Source of the DNA: Blastocladiella emersonii ATCC 22665
Taxonomy: Eukaryota > Fungi > Blastocladiomycota
Length of the DNA: 64,000 bases
Direction of reading: 5' to 3'
Assembly: GCA_025594325.1 (NCBI GenBank)
Contig: JANHCV010000006.1
Location: 620,001 to 684,000 of the forward strand
Part shown: piece by piece, positions 47,073 through 58,837 of the stretch
How positions within the stretch are numbered: the first letter of the stretch is position 1
Layout of the letters: every line of letters begins with the position of its first letter
Notes under the pieces: model-generated
Told to the model about the DNA's origin: nothing
Databases searched by the model: none
What the model saw: only the letters and a program-made list of their open reading frames with translations
Translations under genes and position numbers: made by a program

Positions 47073-47855
47073 TGCTGAACCAACCGCACAACACAGTTGC
47101 CACTGACCATGCCCACGACCGAAGTTGGCCCTTTGAGGTCTCGGCTGCTCAAACTTAAGTGTAGAGGAAGCGAACTGAACGCTGCCCCGGGCCCGCGTGT
47201 TCCTGCCCTGGATCCCGCCGCTCAATCTACACGGGGTTGTTCGACGCCCGGATCCCCTCTGCCAAGACACCTCTTGCGCGTTGCGTGGAGCTGTGTAAGA
47301 CGCGTTGGTCACGCGCACGTGATTTGATCAGCGCGTTCGACGCAGCCATCTCGCGCAACGATCGATTCGCTGCCGCTGAAGCGAGCCTGCCCGTTACTCC
47401 CACCTCAAGGACCTCGGGCTAGACCTCAATCAAAGGTTTGGGAATCGACGCACGCGTCGACGTTCAAGGTCGCGAGGCGAAAACGGACGCTAAACTCGCG
47501 CCAACGCAAGGCGGTAGCGAAACATCGCGACACGAAGCTCTCGGCTCGAGATCAATTCGAATGAATGAACAAGGGCGCAGTGCCGCACACGAACTTGAAC
47601 ATGGCCGAGTTCCAGATCGCCGCTGTGATTCTGGGCGAGGTCGAACCTCTCAGCCGCGTTCTCATCCATCAACTCCAGCACATCCGCGAGAGAAACGAGA
47701 TGAAGAAGGCTCAACCGCAGCTTTATTACCGACAAGCGGCGATAGACGACAGGAGCGAGGGCGAAAGGGCGAGAGAACAACGAGGAGGGAGGGAGAATTG
47801 ACAAATGAATGACGGGAGGAAGAGCAAAGGGAGCGACCGGACGGTCGCGAGGGGC

Positions 47856-48203
47856 TTAGCAGCAGCCGTCGCCGTAGTAGCCCGAGTCGTAGCTGCCGTA
47901 CGAATCGTCGCCGTAGTAGCCGGAGTCGTAGCCACCGTAGCCCGAGTCATCGCCGTAGTACCCGGAATCGTAGCCCTTTGAGTCGTCGCCGTAGTAGCCC
48001 GAGTCGTAGCCGCCGTACGAATCGTCGCCGTAGTAGCCCGAGTCGTAGCCGCCGTACGAATCGTCGCCGTAGTAGCCCGAGTCGTAGCTGCCGTACGAGT
48101 CGTCGCCGTAGTACCCGGAGTCGTAGGAGCCGTACGAGTCGTCACCGTAGTAGCCCGAGTCGTAGCTGCCGTACGAGTCGTCGCCGTAGCCGTAGCCGGT
48201 CAT
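47856..48203 (-). CDS. 115-aa Tyr/Gly/Asp/Ser repeat protein ending in -GCC
   Basis: About 8 copies of a 39-bp unit encoding GYYGDDSYG(S/G)YDS, with synonymous variation between units, which indicates the coding frame. ATG at 48203, TAA at 47856. Confidence 0.8.
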   Translation of the reverse strand: MTGYGYGDDSYGSYDSGYYGDDSYGSYDSGYYGDDSYGSYDSGYYGDDSYGGYDSGYYGDDSYGGYDSGYYGDDSKGYDSGYYGDDSGYGGYDSGYYGDDSYGSYDSGYYGDGCC

Positions 48204-48349
48204 GGTGAAGTTGGGGTGGGTGGGTGGCGAGGAGGGGTGGGGTGGCTGTGCGACCGAAGGCGCAGGCGGAGGTGTGCAAGAATGCAAGGGGAGAGAGGAC
48301 TGGGTGCTCGCTGTCGAATCAAGACGGAGGGATGCGGGGCGGCGGCCAG

Positions 48350-48356
48350 TATTTAT
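48350..48356 (-). promoter_or_regulatory. TATA-like element (ATAAATA) of the YGDDS-repeat gene
   Basis: Isolated AT-rich heptamer in GC-rich DNA about 147 nt upstream of the ATG, followed by a pyrimidine-rich 5' region. Confidence 0.4.
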
Positions 48357-49221
48357 CGGCGGGCCGGGTCGAGAGCGGGGAGCGTGAGGGCCGAGGCGCC
48401 CGCAGTGAGCGTCGGCACTCGCACAGCTCGGGATTCAGCGAGGAAGGCAGCGAGAAGGACGCAGAGCGCGACGAGAGGCAAGCGCGAAGATCCACTTCTG
48501 CAGCCACGGCGAGCGGCCACGGTGCGCAGCTTGCCTCCCTTGCCGATCAAGGACGGATCACGCCGGCGTCGCGATGATGGAAGGGACGCGCCGCGAAAGG
48601 ATCTAACCGGCAGCTCCGGTTCCGGTGCGGCAGCAGCGTGATTCCGATCGCGGCCATGCGCGCAGCTTGGCTCCCTCGCCATCCGGCGCCTAGCTCTGTG
48701 TACCAGCTGGCGTATGGAGCTAGACGCCACCTTCCCGAAGGGTCGGCAGGGACACGTGGCGCGATCTCGAGGCCAGCTCCAATCGCTGCGCGAGATCCAG
48801 TCGCACGTCATCGAGGAGCCTACGCGACGGCAGGGTCCAGTTTCGCGGAGCTACGCGTGCCCGCTGCAGCGCGCTGCTCGTTGCATCCAGTTGCCCTCCA
48901 TTTGCTTGCATCCGCGTCGGCAGGGACGCGTGGGGTGGGAAGGGAGAGCGTGAGCGAAGCGGCCCGTTGGGGAAGTGTCTCGCGGCTCGCGTTTCAGCCG
49001 CGGGCGCCCGTCACGCCACTTCGCGACGCGTCTCCGCCCGCGCGAGGGGCGGCCGAGAGACGCGAGGTACTTCGCGATCGCGGAGAACGGGCGAGAGGGT
49101 CAAGTTGAAAGCAAAACTAAGGATATAGTACACTAGGTTCAAACGATACAAATACTTACACGGCCGAAACCCACTTGACTCGGAGCGCACACACGCGCTC
49201 CCACCCTTCTTCTCCTCCCCC

Positions 49222-50210
49222 TCAGATCAGCGCCGCCACGGCCGCGAACACGGCATCGGGGGCGGGCGCGATCAGGGGCATCTCGAAGCGGTCGAAAAAC
49301 TCGACCGCCTTGGCCACGTTCATGGCGTACGACCCCTTGACGGTCGACACCTCGGCCGCGTACAGCGTCGCCAGCGCGGGCGCGACGAGCGGCACCATTC
49401 GGGGCGTAAACTGGGCCGACGCCGCGGCCACCATCTTGTTCTCCATGAGCATTTTGATGCCCTTGGTCTTGCCGCACACGTTGTTGAGCGCGAGGATGCG
49501 CTTCAACGCGCGGCGCTCGTGCGGCGTTATCGTGAACTCCTTGTCGGCGTCAATGAACTCGAGCGCGAGGCTGATCGCATTGAGCGTCGAAAAGTCCGAG
49601 TTGGAGCGGAGGCAGTGCTATTGACGCGCGCATATCGAGCGTTAGCGGGCGGGCTTTCGATGCAGGCAACGAGGTGAGGCGAGAGCAACGTACCTCGGCG
49701 ACACGGATCCACATCTGGACCACCGCATCGGCCAGCGACGCGGCGCCCTTGATCGACATCTTGACCAGGTTGTAGATGTTGTTGCGCACCGCGGCCTTGT
49801 TGATTTCCCCGAGCGCCTTGGCCACCGCGGACCCGAGCACCTTGGGGTCGGCCGAACCGTCGCCACGAGCGGCCGCGCGGACATTGTCGACTGTCTTGAC
49901 GAGGTCGGGTACGGCGAGCGCGGTCAGAGTCTTGGCGAGGTCGCGCGACGCGGTCTCGAGCACGATGCGGGCGGCCGTGGCGCCAGTCGACGCGTCGCCC
50001 TGGTCGATGCCGTCGGCGCGCGTGACGATGCCCGCCACCTTGTTGAAGGCGACGCGAGCGACGCGGCGCAGCTTCGATTCGTTGGGTGTCTTGAGCGGCT
50101 TGGCCTTCTTGCTGGCCGAGGCCGAGGTGATGGGGGCCGAGACCTTGACAGCGGCGGCGGTGTCGATCTCGATCTCGATCTTGATGTGCAGCTGCTGCTC
50201 GGGGACCGTG
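49222..50210 (-). pseudogene. 5'-truncated alpha-helical protein of unknown family, one intron (49693-49618), at the right border of the insert
   Basis: A 76-nt GTACGT...CTAAC...TAG intron joins ...MWIRVAE to HCLRSNSDFS...AAVAALI*. There is no start codon; the frame begins at the insert edge. Confidence 0.65.
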
Positions 50211-50216
50211 ACGCAC

Positions 50217-50349
50217 CAACGTCGCAGGCGCTCGCGCCGTTGGCACCGCCGCACGGAGCGTTGGGCTTGGCCTCAGCGGCCACCGTGCTGAGCAGGGCCA
50301 CGGCCGCAATGGCCGCCGCCAGCACTACGGGGAAACGAGGAAGCTTGAT
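50217..50349 (-). pseudogene. Cys-rich receptor family member B, exon 1 (ATG mutated to ATC)
   Basis: (I)KLPRFPVVLAAAIAAVALLSTVAAEAKPNAPCGGANGASACDV G|GTGCGT is homologous to exon 1 of C (MRLPRL...EAKPNAPCGG) and D (MQLPRL...EAKPNAPCSG), with the same phase-1 donor. Confidence 0.85.
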
Positions 50350-50851
50350 TGCGAGGGAGACGTTCACGCGCTCAGTGGATCGATGAGAGTTGCTTAGTTG
50401 ATGTGTAACTGCGGTAAAAGGGAGAGACTGTGGAGGGACCGGCGAGTTTGCACAAAGGGCGGTGGCCAGCGAACTTCAGTCGCAGGCGAACTGTGAGCTC
50501 GGTTGACAACCTTTTCAAAGTTGTGCGGCGCGTTCAATACCGTTGACTGTATTTGACATAGCTCTAACTGCCTCGCGATCGGCGCTGGACAGACGCGTCT
50601 TACGCCAGACACGCTCTGATGGCATGACTGATGCGACATGAGTGATCAAAACCTGATGCGAGACGCGTGGCCGACGTCGACGTCGACGTGATCCACAGCC
50701 TCTCACGACTGCTGTTTGCGACGTTGACGTTCGTAGCGGTCGCGCTTATGAAAGTAATTGTATGCGTGTATATCTGAGTGAGTGTGCACAAATGGCGAGT
50801 GGTCGGTGGGAAGTGGGAGAGCGAGATCAGGTCCGCTTGAACGTGTTGCAT

Positions 50852-51881
50852 TCACGAGCGAGAGTACGACAGGTACTCGTTCTGCTGATCCTGAGGCGGG
50901 GTCGTGTTCGTGTTGGACGCGAACTCCTGGTCGCCCTGCGGCTCGTACTGCGGCCCCGAGTACTGCGGGTACTGCGTTGGCGGGTCCTGGTACGCCTGCT
51001 GCCCGTAGCTAAACTGCTGTGCGAGCTGGCCGTACGGCTCGTACGACGCGTCCAGCTGCGGCTCAGCGCGGTAAAAGTCGGACATGGAGTAGGCCTGAGC
51101 CGGCGCCTCCGGGTACTGCACGTCCTGCGGCGGCGGGTACGACGGCGAACCGGGCGCCATCACGTACGAGTTGATGCTGATGCTCGAGTGCGACGAGCCG
51201 TGCTTGCCCTTCTTCTTCTTTTTCTTGTGCTTGAGCTTGTGCGACCCAACCACGGCCGCCGCGGCTCCCGCGCCCGCGACGCCGACGGCCGCGGCACCAG
51301 CACCCAGTCCGAACTTGCCAAGCGCGCCCGTGCCCTTTTTGCACACGAAGCAGACGCAGCAGCATGCGCACGCGATCACGGCGACGACTCCGACGAGAAT
51401 GCCGATGAACACACCCCTGTTATTCTGGATAAAGGTGCCCGTCGAGATACACTTGCCCTGGTTGACGTCGCACACGAACCCGTTCGCGCACGGGTTGTCG
51501 TAGCGGATGGCCGCGGTGTCCTTGGTGCATTTCGCGCCCTCGAGCGCCGTGCGCGGGACACACTGCCCGTTGCGTGCCGCGTTACAGTACGAGGTCGCGT
51601 TGAACTTGATGCACGAAGTGTCGTCGTCGAGCCACGAGCAGACCGCGAGCTGACAGGTGTTGGTCGCGCGGTTGCAGACCTCGCCCTTGCCTGTATGCAT
51701 GCGTCAGACATCGCTGATACTGTTTAAGCAGCGAATTCCGCAGCAGCGTACCGGAGTTGCAGTTCTTGCTGCCGAGAGCACCACCGCACGGAGCGTTGGG
51801 CTTGGCCTCGACCACGGTGGCGGTGAAGGCCATGGCCGCGATGGCCGTGGCCATCATGACGACAAGGCGGGGAAGTCGCAT
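50852..51881 (-). CDS. Cys-rich single-pass receptor-like protein, member C (intron 51751-51691)
   Basis: Signal peptide, KPNAPC...C|G KGEVC..., TM, CACCCVCFVCKKG, P/Q/Y-rich tail. Confidence 0.85.
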
Positions 51882-52877
51882 GGCGGTAAGTCTCACCCGC
51901 GCTCAGTGATGGCTGATGATACGGTTTAATGCGGTTCGAGGGCGAGTGCATGGATGAGGTAGGAAAGTGCGGGCGGGCCGGAAACTTGTCGGCACGCAGG
52001 CAGAATGACCATTGAAGGTCGGCGGCCCCTGGATCAGTCTTCTCTTCTCGAAGTGTCACCTTCGTTCGGTTTCCTCATCACCCTTCATGTATGCACCCTG
52101 AACTAGCATATCTTTCTTGTGAAGGATGACGCCGTCAACCTCACCGTTCGAATTGAGCTTGAGCGCGCTTTTCATTCGGGCACGATGGCCGTCTCGGTGG
52201 ATGGCGCGGCCGCGATGACTGCAGCAGGGCGAGGAAGACTCATGTCGCACGACTTTTTCCATACAATCAGCTTGAAGAAACCCTATTTGAGTCTAGCGGA
52301 AGGTGAAGTGCAAGCGGAGCGGGCGAGAGCGACCGCGTCGTGGCAAAGGTTCGCGGACAGCAGCAGCTCGCGGTTTGTTCGCAACTTCGCCGACCACGCG
52401 CCAGCGCGAGTTGACTGTCTTCGTGAAGATTCGTGGCGCCTAATTTTCCGCACCGAACCTTTCTGCCGACCTTGGCCAAGGTTCAAAACTGCCTCAGGAA
52501 AGGCGCGAGACAAACGCGTCTCGCACACGTCACGGGATTCAGGCGTGACCGGCGCGAGACGCGGCCATCTCCGCCGTGGTTCCTTTCGCCGTCGGCCAGG
52601 TGTGCTTCGTGCACTTTTAGTCGCGAGTTGTCAGTGTTTTGCATGGTAGCACGTTCGGGGGCGCGACCTTCGTCCGTGAACATCTCTCGCCCACAATCCA
52701 GTGTCGCTCTCACACTCCAATCTTGTCGAGACCAGGGGTTCTGTCGAGACTCTGTATCTGTGTATATCTTGGTGGTGGTACAACGACAACGAGCAGCCGC
52801 CCGGCACACGGAGGGAAAGGAAAGGAGGGGTACATCAAAAACCGGCGGCTCGCTCACTCTTCTTACGCGCCGGCTCC

Positions 52878-53942
52878 CTACTGCGGGGGATACGCCGGGT
52901 ACGCGCCCTGCTGCTGCTGGGGCGGGTATGCCGGACCCTGCTGCTGCGGCGGGTACGCGGGGCCCGAGGTCGGCGGGTAGGCGGGGCCGGACGCGGGCGG
53001 GTAGGCGGGCCCGCCCTGCTGGTACTGCGCGCCCTGCGGCGGGGGCGGGTACTGCGGGCCCGAGTTCTGCTGGTACTGCATGGGCGCCTGCTGCTGGTAG
53101 GGCTGCTGCTGGTACTGCGACTGCTGGCCGTAGGGCGCGTACGCGTCCTGCTGGGGCGGGTACGCGGGCGCCGAGCCGTTGTTGTTGTTGTTGGGCGGGT
53201 ACTGGGCACCCTGCGGCGGTTGGTACTGGGCACCCTGCGGGGGCGGGTACGTGGGGCCCGAGGCGGGGGTGGTGGAGGCGGCGTTAGCCATCGGGTGCGA
53301 CTCGTTCTTGTGCGAGGACGACGCCGCGGCGGCAGCGCCCGCAGCCGCCGCGCCGGCACCGAGCCCGAGCTTGCCGAGGATCCCGACGCCCTTCTTGCAC
53401 ACGAAGCAGACACAGCAGCACGCGCAGACGACGAGGGCGACGGCGGCGACGAGGATGCCGATGAACAGGCCCTTGTTCTTCTGGATGAAGGTGCCGGCCG
53501 AGATGCACTTGCCGTCGTTGACGTCGCATACGAGCCCGTCGGCGCACGGGTTGTCGTAGCGGATCGCCGAAATGTCCTTGGTGCAGGTGGTGCCCTCCTG
53601 CGCGGTGCGCAGCACGCACTGGCCGTTGCGCGCCGCGTTGCAGTACGAGGTCTGGTTGAACTTGAGGCACGACGTGTCGTCGTCGAGCCACGAGCAGACG
53701 GCCAGCTGGCAGGCGTTGCCCGCGGCGGCGCTGCAGAACTCGCCCTTGCCTGTGGAGATGGCGGTAAGTCAGTACCGAGCACGTTCACATTCCAGATCAC
53801 CGAGTGGCATACCGGCGTTGCAAGCGAGGTTGCCGAGGGCACCGCTGCACGGGGCGTTGGGCTTCGCCTCGGCGGCGGTGGCGAGCAGGGCCACGGCCGC
53901 GACGGCGGCTGCCAGCACGGCAGAGAGGCGGGGGAGCTGCAT
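52878..53942 (-). CDS. Cys-rich single-pass receptor-like protein, member D (intron 53812-53750)
   Basis: Same architecture and intron position as member C; the tail is built of YPP/QQ/GPAYPP repeats. Confidence 0.85.
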
Positions 53943-54209
53943 GGCGACGGCAAGTCTGGCTTGTGGTTGTTGATACGTTGCAAGAGCGAGGGCGTGAGGA
54001 GCGCGGGAGAGAGGATCGACGACGAGTTGGCGAGCAAGCCAGGCAGGCCAGCCATCGAAGCCGGGGCGGCGCCTCTTCAGGGCTTCTCGAAGTGTGGCGC
54101 TCCCGCCTTGGCGACCACGACGCGGCCCACGCTGTGCTGCTCTCGTCAGCGTCGGCGCGCTCGCCCGCTCCGATGCTCCCGACCGACCCCAACTTCGATG
54201 AAGTCTGCC

Positions 54210-55265
54210 ATGGTGCAACAGCTGACCCTCTTGCACATCACTGATGTACTGGCCACACCGCCGCCGCCACCCGGCCGCACCACGCGCTGACGCGCCCGTC
54301 CCGCGCGCGTAGCTCCACGTCGGTGACGACGCGCTGGCGCGGCTGCACGCGCACCTGACGACGACGGGCCGCTCGCTCGACGCGATCCTCGTGACGGGCG
54401 ACCTGCTGAACGTGTGGCACCCGCTCGAGGGTCCGGGCGGCAAGGAGTACGACGCGCCAGCGACCGACGCGATGCGGGAGGACTGGCTGCGTCTGCTGCA
54501 CGGGACGGTCGCGCGGACGCTCGCCGGGTCAGCGGTGCCCGTCCTGTGGATCCCCGGGAACCACGACCCGATTGAGGCGTTTGACGGCAAGGGCAACGCG
54601 TGGTTACCGGCGGACCGGCTCGCGGGGAACGTGTTTCCGGTCCACGCGAAGTGGGAACGGCTCGCGCCGGGCCTCGTGGTCGCTGGGCTCGGCGGGAGCG
54701 TGCCCGCGTACGAGCCGGGGGCCGAGGAACCGATCTGGCCCGGGTGCCCGTACGCGACCGACGCGGCGTTTGGCGAGGAGCTCGAAAAGTGCGTGCGGCC
54801 GGTCGTCGAGTATGTGCACGGTGAGGGTGAACAGGTCGTGCTCATGACGCACTCTGGGCCGGCCGAGTGCGGTACGCTTTTCCACTTTCGCCCGGCTGGC
54901 ACAAACTGACTCGTTTCCTGTGCGTAGCGACGACGCTCATCGACGCCGACCCATCGACCGACCCGGACGCGTTCCTGCGTGAGCACCCGACCATCGCGAC
55001 GGGCTCGCCCGCGCTCGCCGCCCTGCTCCGCTCCCCGCCAACCCCGCCGACGCAGGGCAAGACGCTGATCCCGCTGCTCGTGCACGGACACACGCACTGG
55101 GCGCGCGGCGTGCAGAACGTGCGTGGGACGCACGTCGTGAACCCGGGCTCGCTCAAGGACGGCCGCGCCGCCGTGATCCACCTGGCGCGCGGCGAGGCGA
55201 CGGATGGCGGGCGCGTCGGGCAGACTGGGTGGACGGTCAAGACCGTGGAGCTGCTCGAGTTTTGA
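54210..55265 (+). CDS. Calcineurin-like metallophosphoesterase, 2 introns (54246-54312, 54872-54927)
   Basis: Spliced motifs HITDLH, VTGDL, IPGNHD, MTH and VHGHTH, plus VVNPGSL. Confidence 0.85.
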
Positions 55266-55426
55266 TAAATATATCGGGGTTGACGCGCCTGGCACTCGGG
55301 TCAGCTGATGCCGCTTCGCGTGGCGCGGAGATCTTCTCCCCGCCCTTGCGCCTCAGATCGCCGCGGCGCCGCGCGTTCTCTCTCTGATCCTCGCAAACCT
55401 CCCGTATCTGCAACGTAACATCAGTC

Positions 55427-55939
55427 ATGGCAACCGATATCCAGGTGAGCCAGTCGCCTCCATGAATCTTCTGCGCTTGCCGCCTTTATGCTCACCCCCT
55501 GGCCCCTCCTCGCTCCCACGACACACGCAGCGCCAGGTCGCCGAGCTGCAGGGCAAGCTGCAGGACCTGAACCGTCAGGTCGTGCAGGTGCGCACGCAGA
55601 TCCAGGTCAAGGAGCGCGAGCGCAAGCTGGCCGAGCTGCAGATCCGCGAGCTGTCGGCCGCGGGCGCCTCGACCAACACGTACCTGTCGGTCGGCAAGAT
55701 GTGCGTCTCCCCGCCAAACTTGTCGCGTTACTGCGTTCTCACGTTTTCCCGAAAATAGGTTCCTCGCGGAGCCACAATCGCAGGTCATGTCGCAGCTCGA
55801 GCTCAAGGGCGCGTCGCTGCAGGACGACATCACGGTGCTCGGCAAGAAGCTGGCGTACCTCGAGAAGACGACCGTCGAGACCCAGAACGGGCTCAAGGAG
55901 TCGGTCACCCAGCTCATGGCTGCGACCGCCTCCGCCTGA
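55427..55939 (+). CDS. PFDN1: Prefoldin subunit 1 (beta-type), 2 introns
   Basis: Coiled coil ELQGKL...QIQVKERERKLAELQIREL, beta-hairpin TNTYLSVGKM|FL, then KKLAYLEKT. Confidence 0.85.
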
Positions 55940-56096
55940 GTCGCGAGTGTGTGTAACAAGTTCATTTCGTATTGCCGTCACCGTGATCTTTGAGAAAGGG
56001 AGAAACGCCATCTATTCTTCATGATCGAGCACCGTCCAGCGGCACCCGCGTCGTCTTCATCGTGACAAAATTGGAGAACCCGCGAAAACCGGGCGC

Positions 56097-57428
56097 TCAG
56101 GCGGCGAGCTGCTTGGCGACGCCGTTCTCAGCGTAGTCGAGGAAGGCGGGGAACACCTCCTTGCCCGTCGGCAGGATCTGCTCCTTGGGCAGGATGAACC
56201 CGGAGCTGCCAGCCGACGACGTGGGGCGGAGCTCGATGGTGATGCCGTACGGGCGGATCGACTGGCCGCTGGTGCCCGACTTGGTGAGCGAGTAGAAGTA
56301 GTCGGAGGCCGAGCCCGTAGTTTTGTACAGCGAGTAGGCCGTCTGCGGCGTGTAGGCCTTGCCCGAGACCGACTTGATGGTCGCGGCCATCTTGGTCGTG
56401 ATCGCCTTGTGCTCGGCCTCGTGCTTGCTCGCGGCGGACGTGTCGCCCCACGGGCGCAGGAGCAGCTGCGAGAAGGTGTGGACGTCGATGGCGGCGACGA
56501 CGCGCGGCAGCGACCGGATGTAGCCCGCGAGCGCCTGGACCTCGGGCTCCGACTCGGGGCGCGGGCCCTGGTACGTGTCGTCGTCCGTGTACTGCGACGC
56601 GCCGCCCTGGCCCCACTTCCACGCCCAGTTGCGGTTGAGGTCGACGCCAAAGGTGCCGTCGCCGTTGTCGCGGCGGTTCTTGCGCCACAGCCGGTCGCCC
56701 GTCCACGAGTACTCGTACCCGTCCGGGTTGCCGAGCGGGACCACGTGCACGTCGACCTTGTCGAGGAGCGACTTGACGCGCGCGTCCGTCGACGTCAGCA
56801 GCTGGTGTACGATGTACTGGACCGTCGCGGTCGCGGCCCACTCGCGCGCGTGCTGCGACCCCTGGATGTACACCTGCGGCTTGGCGGCGCCGCCCGCGGG
56901 GGCGGGGGTCCCGATCTTGAGCGCCACGAGGTCGCGGCCCTGCACCGACTTGCCGATCGACGGCGTGAAGCTGCAGATGCCCGACGCCTTGGCGCACGCC
57001 GTCTTGACGAACTCGACGATCTCGGGGTACCGGTGGTAGTCGTTGAACCACGTCAGGTCGACGTTGACGGCGGCCGCGGACACGGACTCGGCCGTGGACG
57101 CCGCAGGGTGCGACGCGCGGTCGGCGTCGATCACGGCCTGCACGTTGTCGACGACGACCGTGTAGTCGACCTTCTTGCCGCCGGCGGCCGCCTGCAGCGC
57201 GGCGAGGTCGGCGGGCCCGCGCACGCGCAGGTCGATAAAGTCGGCGCCGCGGCCCCACGCGTCGAGGCCGGAGCTCGAGACGTGGTCGAGCAGCGTCTGC
57301 GACGGGTTCTTGACGCGGATCACCTTGTGCCCGTTGTACTTGGTCGCGGCCGCGGGGACGCTGGCGGCGGTGGCGACCTGCAGCAGGCACAGGACCGCGA
57401 GGGCGAGGGTGAGGGACAGCTTGGCCAT
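56097..57428 (-). CDS. Secreted zinc carboxypeptidase (M14A) with propeptide, intronless
   Basis: Signal peptide; GSQHAREW; WRKNRR; GVDLNRN; GP.PESEPE; DVHTFSQ; YGITIELRP. Confidence 0.95.
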   Translation of the reverse strand: MAKLSLTLALAVLCLLQVATAASVPAAATKYNGHKVIRVKNPSQTLLDHVSSSGLDAWGRGADFIDLRVRGPADLAALQAAAGGKKVDYTVVVDNVQAVIDADRASHPAASTAESVSAAAVNVDLTWFNDYHRYPEIVEFVKTACAKASGICSFTPSIGKSVQGRDLVALKIGTPAPAGGAAKPQVYIQGSQHAREWAATATVQYIVHQLLTSTDARVKSLLDKVDVHVVPLGNPDGYEYSWTGDRLWRKNRRDNGDGTFGVDLNRNWAWKWGQGGASQYTDDDTYQGPRPESEPEVQALAGYIRSLPRVVAAIDVHTFSQLLLRPWGDTSAASKHEAEHKAITTKMAATIKSVSGKAYTPQTAYSLYKTTGSASDYFYSLTKSGTSGQSIRPYGITIELRPTSSAGSSGFILPKEQILPTGKEVFPAFLDYAENGVAKQLAA

Positions 57429-57510
57429 GGTGATGGGCGGGTCGGTCTAGTCTTTCTGAGGGAGGGTCCGATGCTGGTCGGTGATGGAGGGACGGCGGGG
57501 ACGCGGCGAG

Positions 57511-57518
57511 TATTTATA
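57511..57518 (-). promoter_or_regulatory. TATA box (TATAAATA) of the carboxypeptidase gene
   Basis: Consensus octamer about 85 nt upstream of the ATG in a GC-rich context. Confidence 0.55.
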
Positions 57519-58837
57519 CGGAGGAAGGACGCGTCTCGTTACAGCCCGCGGCCTGTATTCTTAGCTCGAGCAATGAATGCACGGTGTCACAGCCTCCATT
57601 CATCCGCGGTCATGCCCTCGGTCGCTGGTTCGCACACCCCAGCGACGCGTGCATCCCGCTGCCGGCGTGAGTGGTCGCGCGGCTCGCCAAGCCCATGACG
57701 CGAGACACACACGGCGCGACGCGTCTCCACCTTCCCACGAGGGCCGCGCGCGCGATCTCGCGTGGCGGGAGACGGCCAGGGATCGCGTGATGCAGACGCG
57801 CCGATCCTTCCGCGCTCTTCAGGGACGCCGGAATCCTCGCGCTGTCCGCGGACGAGAACTCGGGCAATCGAGGCGAGGCGCGCGGGGCGCAGGGGCGCGT
57901 GTGAGTGGCGCGACGCGCTCATTTTCTCCGCGCCGTCCGGATTCACACCCACCACCGTCGTGTGACGCGACCGCAGCCGAAATGACGCGGCAGCCAACGG
58001 TGGTTCGCATGGAAGGGATCTCGCTCTCATCCCTGACCTCCGAGAAACCAGGCCACGGGACACGGCCGGCGTGGGACCGAGCGTTCGCGGTGCGTGCGCG
58101 CGCAAGACTCGCGGCGGCAACGGAACGGAAAGCGCTGGCGTGATCCGGGCCGATCGCGGCGTGATGAACGCTTGCACGGACCGCGGGTGCGCGCGAGTAA
58201 GGGGGTCCCTGCTCGCTCACGCGGCTGCGGTGATGACGAGACCGGCCGCGGAATCCACGAAGCAGACGGGTCATGGCGTGGAAGGCCGGGATGGTCTCGG
58301 TCGACTCGGACTCGAGCGCGATGAGCAGATCAGGCTCTCGCTCTCCGCCTGCCGGCTCTCAGAGATGCGTTGTGGAGTATGCCTTGAACGTCGAGGACAG
58401 CGGCAGAGCGGCCACCGTGAGGAGCAGGACCTCGCTGCCGCCGTCCTCAAGCTCCTGCGCGGGACAAGGCCCAAGCTGGTGCGCGCTGGGCAGCTCCGCA
58501 GCAACGCCACTGCGCATGAGGTGCATGGTGCTGCAGCGTGGCGGCTCCGCAACGGCAACGACGATGACGGAGCAGCGAGGAGAGCGAGAACCGGAGCCGG
58601 AGCGGCGGTCCCACCTTCCGTTCTGGCGGTCAACGCTCGATGCGGCGCCACGCGGGCCATCTCGCCAGCCGAGCCCGCGGGCAACGCCACTTGGCTCTTC
58701 TCCAACTCTGCTCTCTCTCCTCTCCCCTTCAACGCACGACGAAGCGACGCAACGAAAACTCGATATCACTCGGTGCAACTGCACCTGCTAGACTAGACCT
58801 TGCACCTGGCGACTTTGAGCTAGACCACGCTGCTGCG

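Larger units (their letters stand above)
46599..50210. other. 3,612-bp inserted genomic segment inside intron 1 of member B
   Basis: Flanked by an ACGC direct repeat (46595-46598 and 50211-50214). Removing it rebuilds a 64-nt GTGCGT...GTGTAG intron; the paralog introns are 61 and 63 nt. Confidence 0.7.

Noticed and set aside
47860-48195. Regular 39-bp repeats resembling a CRISPR array
   Set aside because: There are no unique spacers, the variation is synonymous in a coding frame, and the context is eukaryotic with no cas genes.
46599-50210. Insert as a classical transposon (CACTA, MULE or Helitron)
   Set aside because: No transposase or helicase ORF, no terminal inverted repeats, and no TC...CTRR ends were found; the content looks like ordinary chromosome.
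52056-52800. Short ORFs between receptors C and D
   Set aside because: Weak codon bias, no motifs and no splice model; treated as intergenic or an unresolvable remnant.
57430-58830. ORFs in the 1.4-kb gap between the carboxypeptidase and receptor E
   Set aside because: Divergent promoter/UTR region; the overlapping ORFs in all frames have no coherent protein signal.
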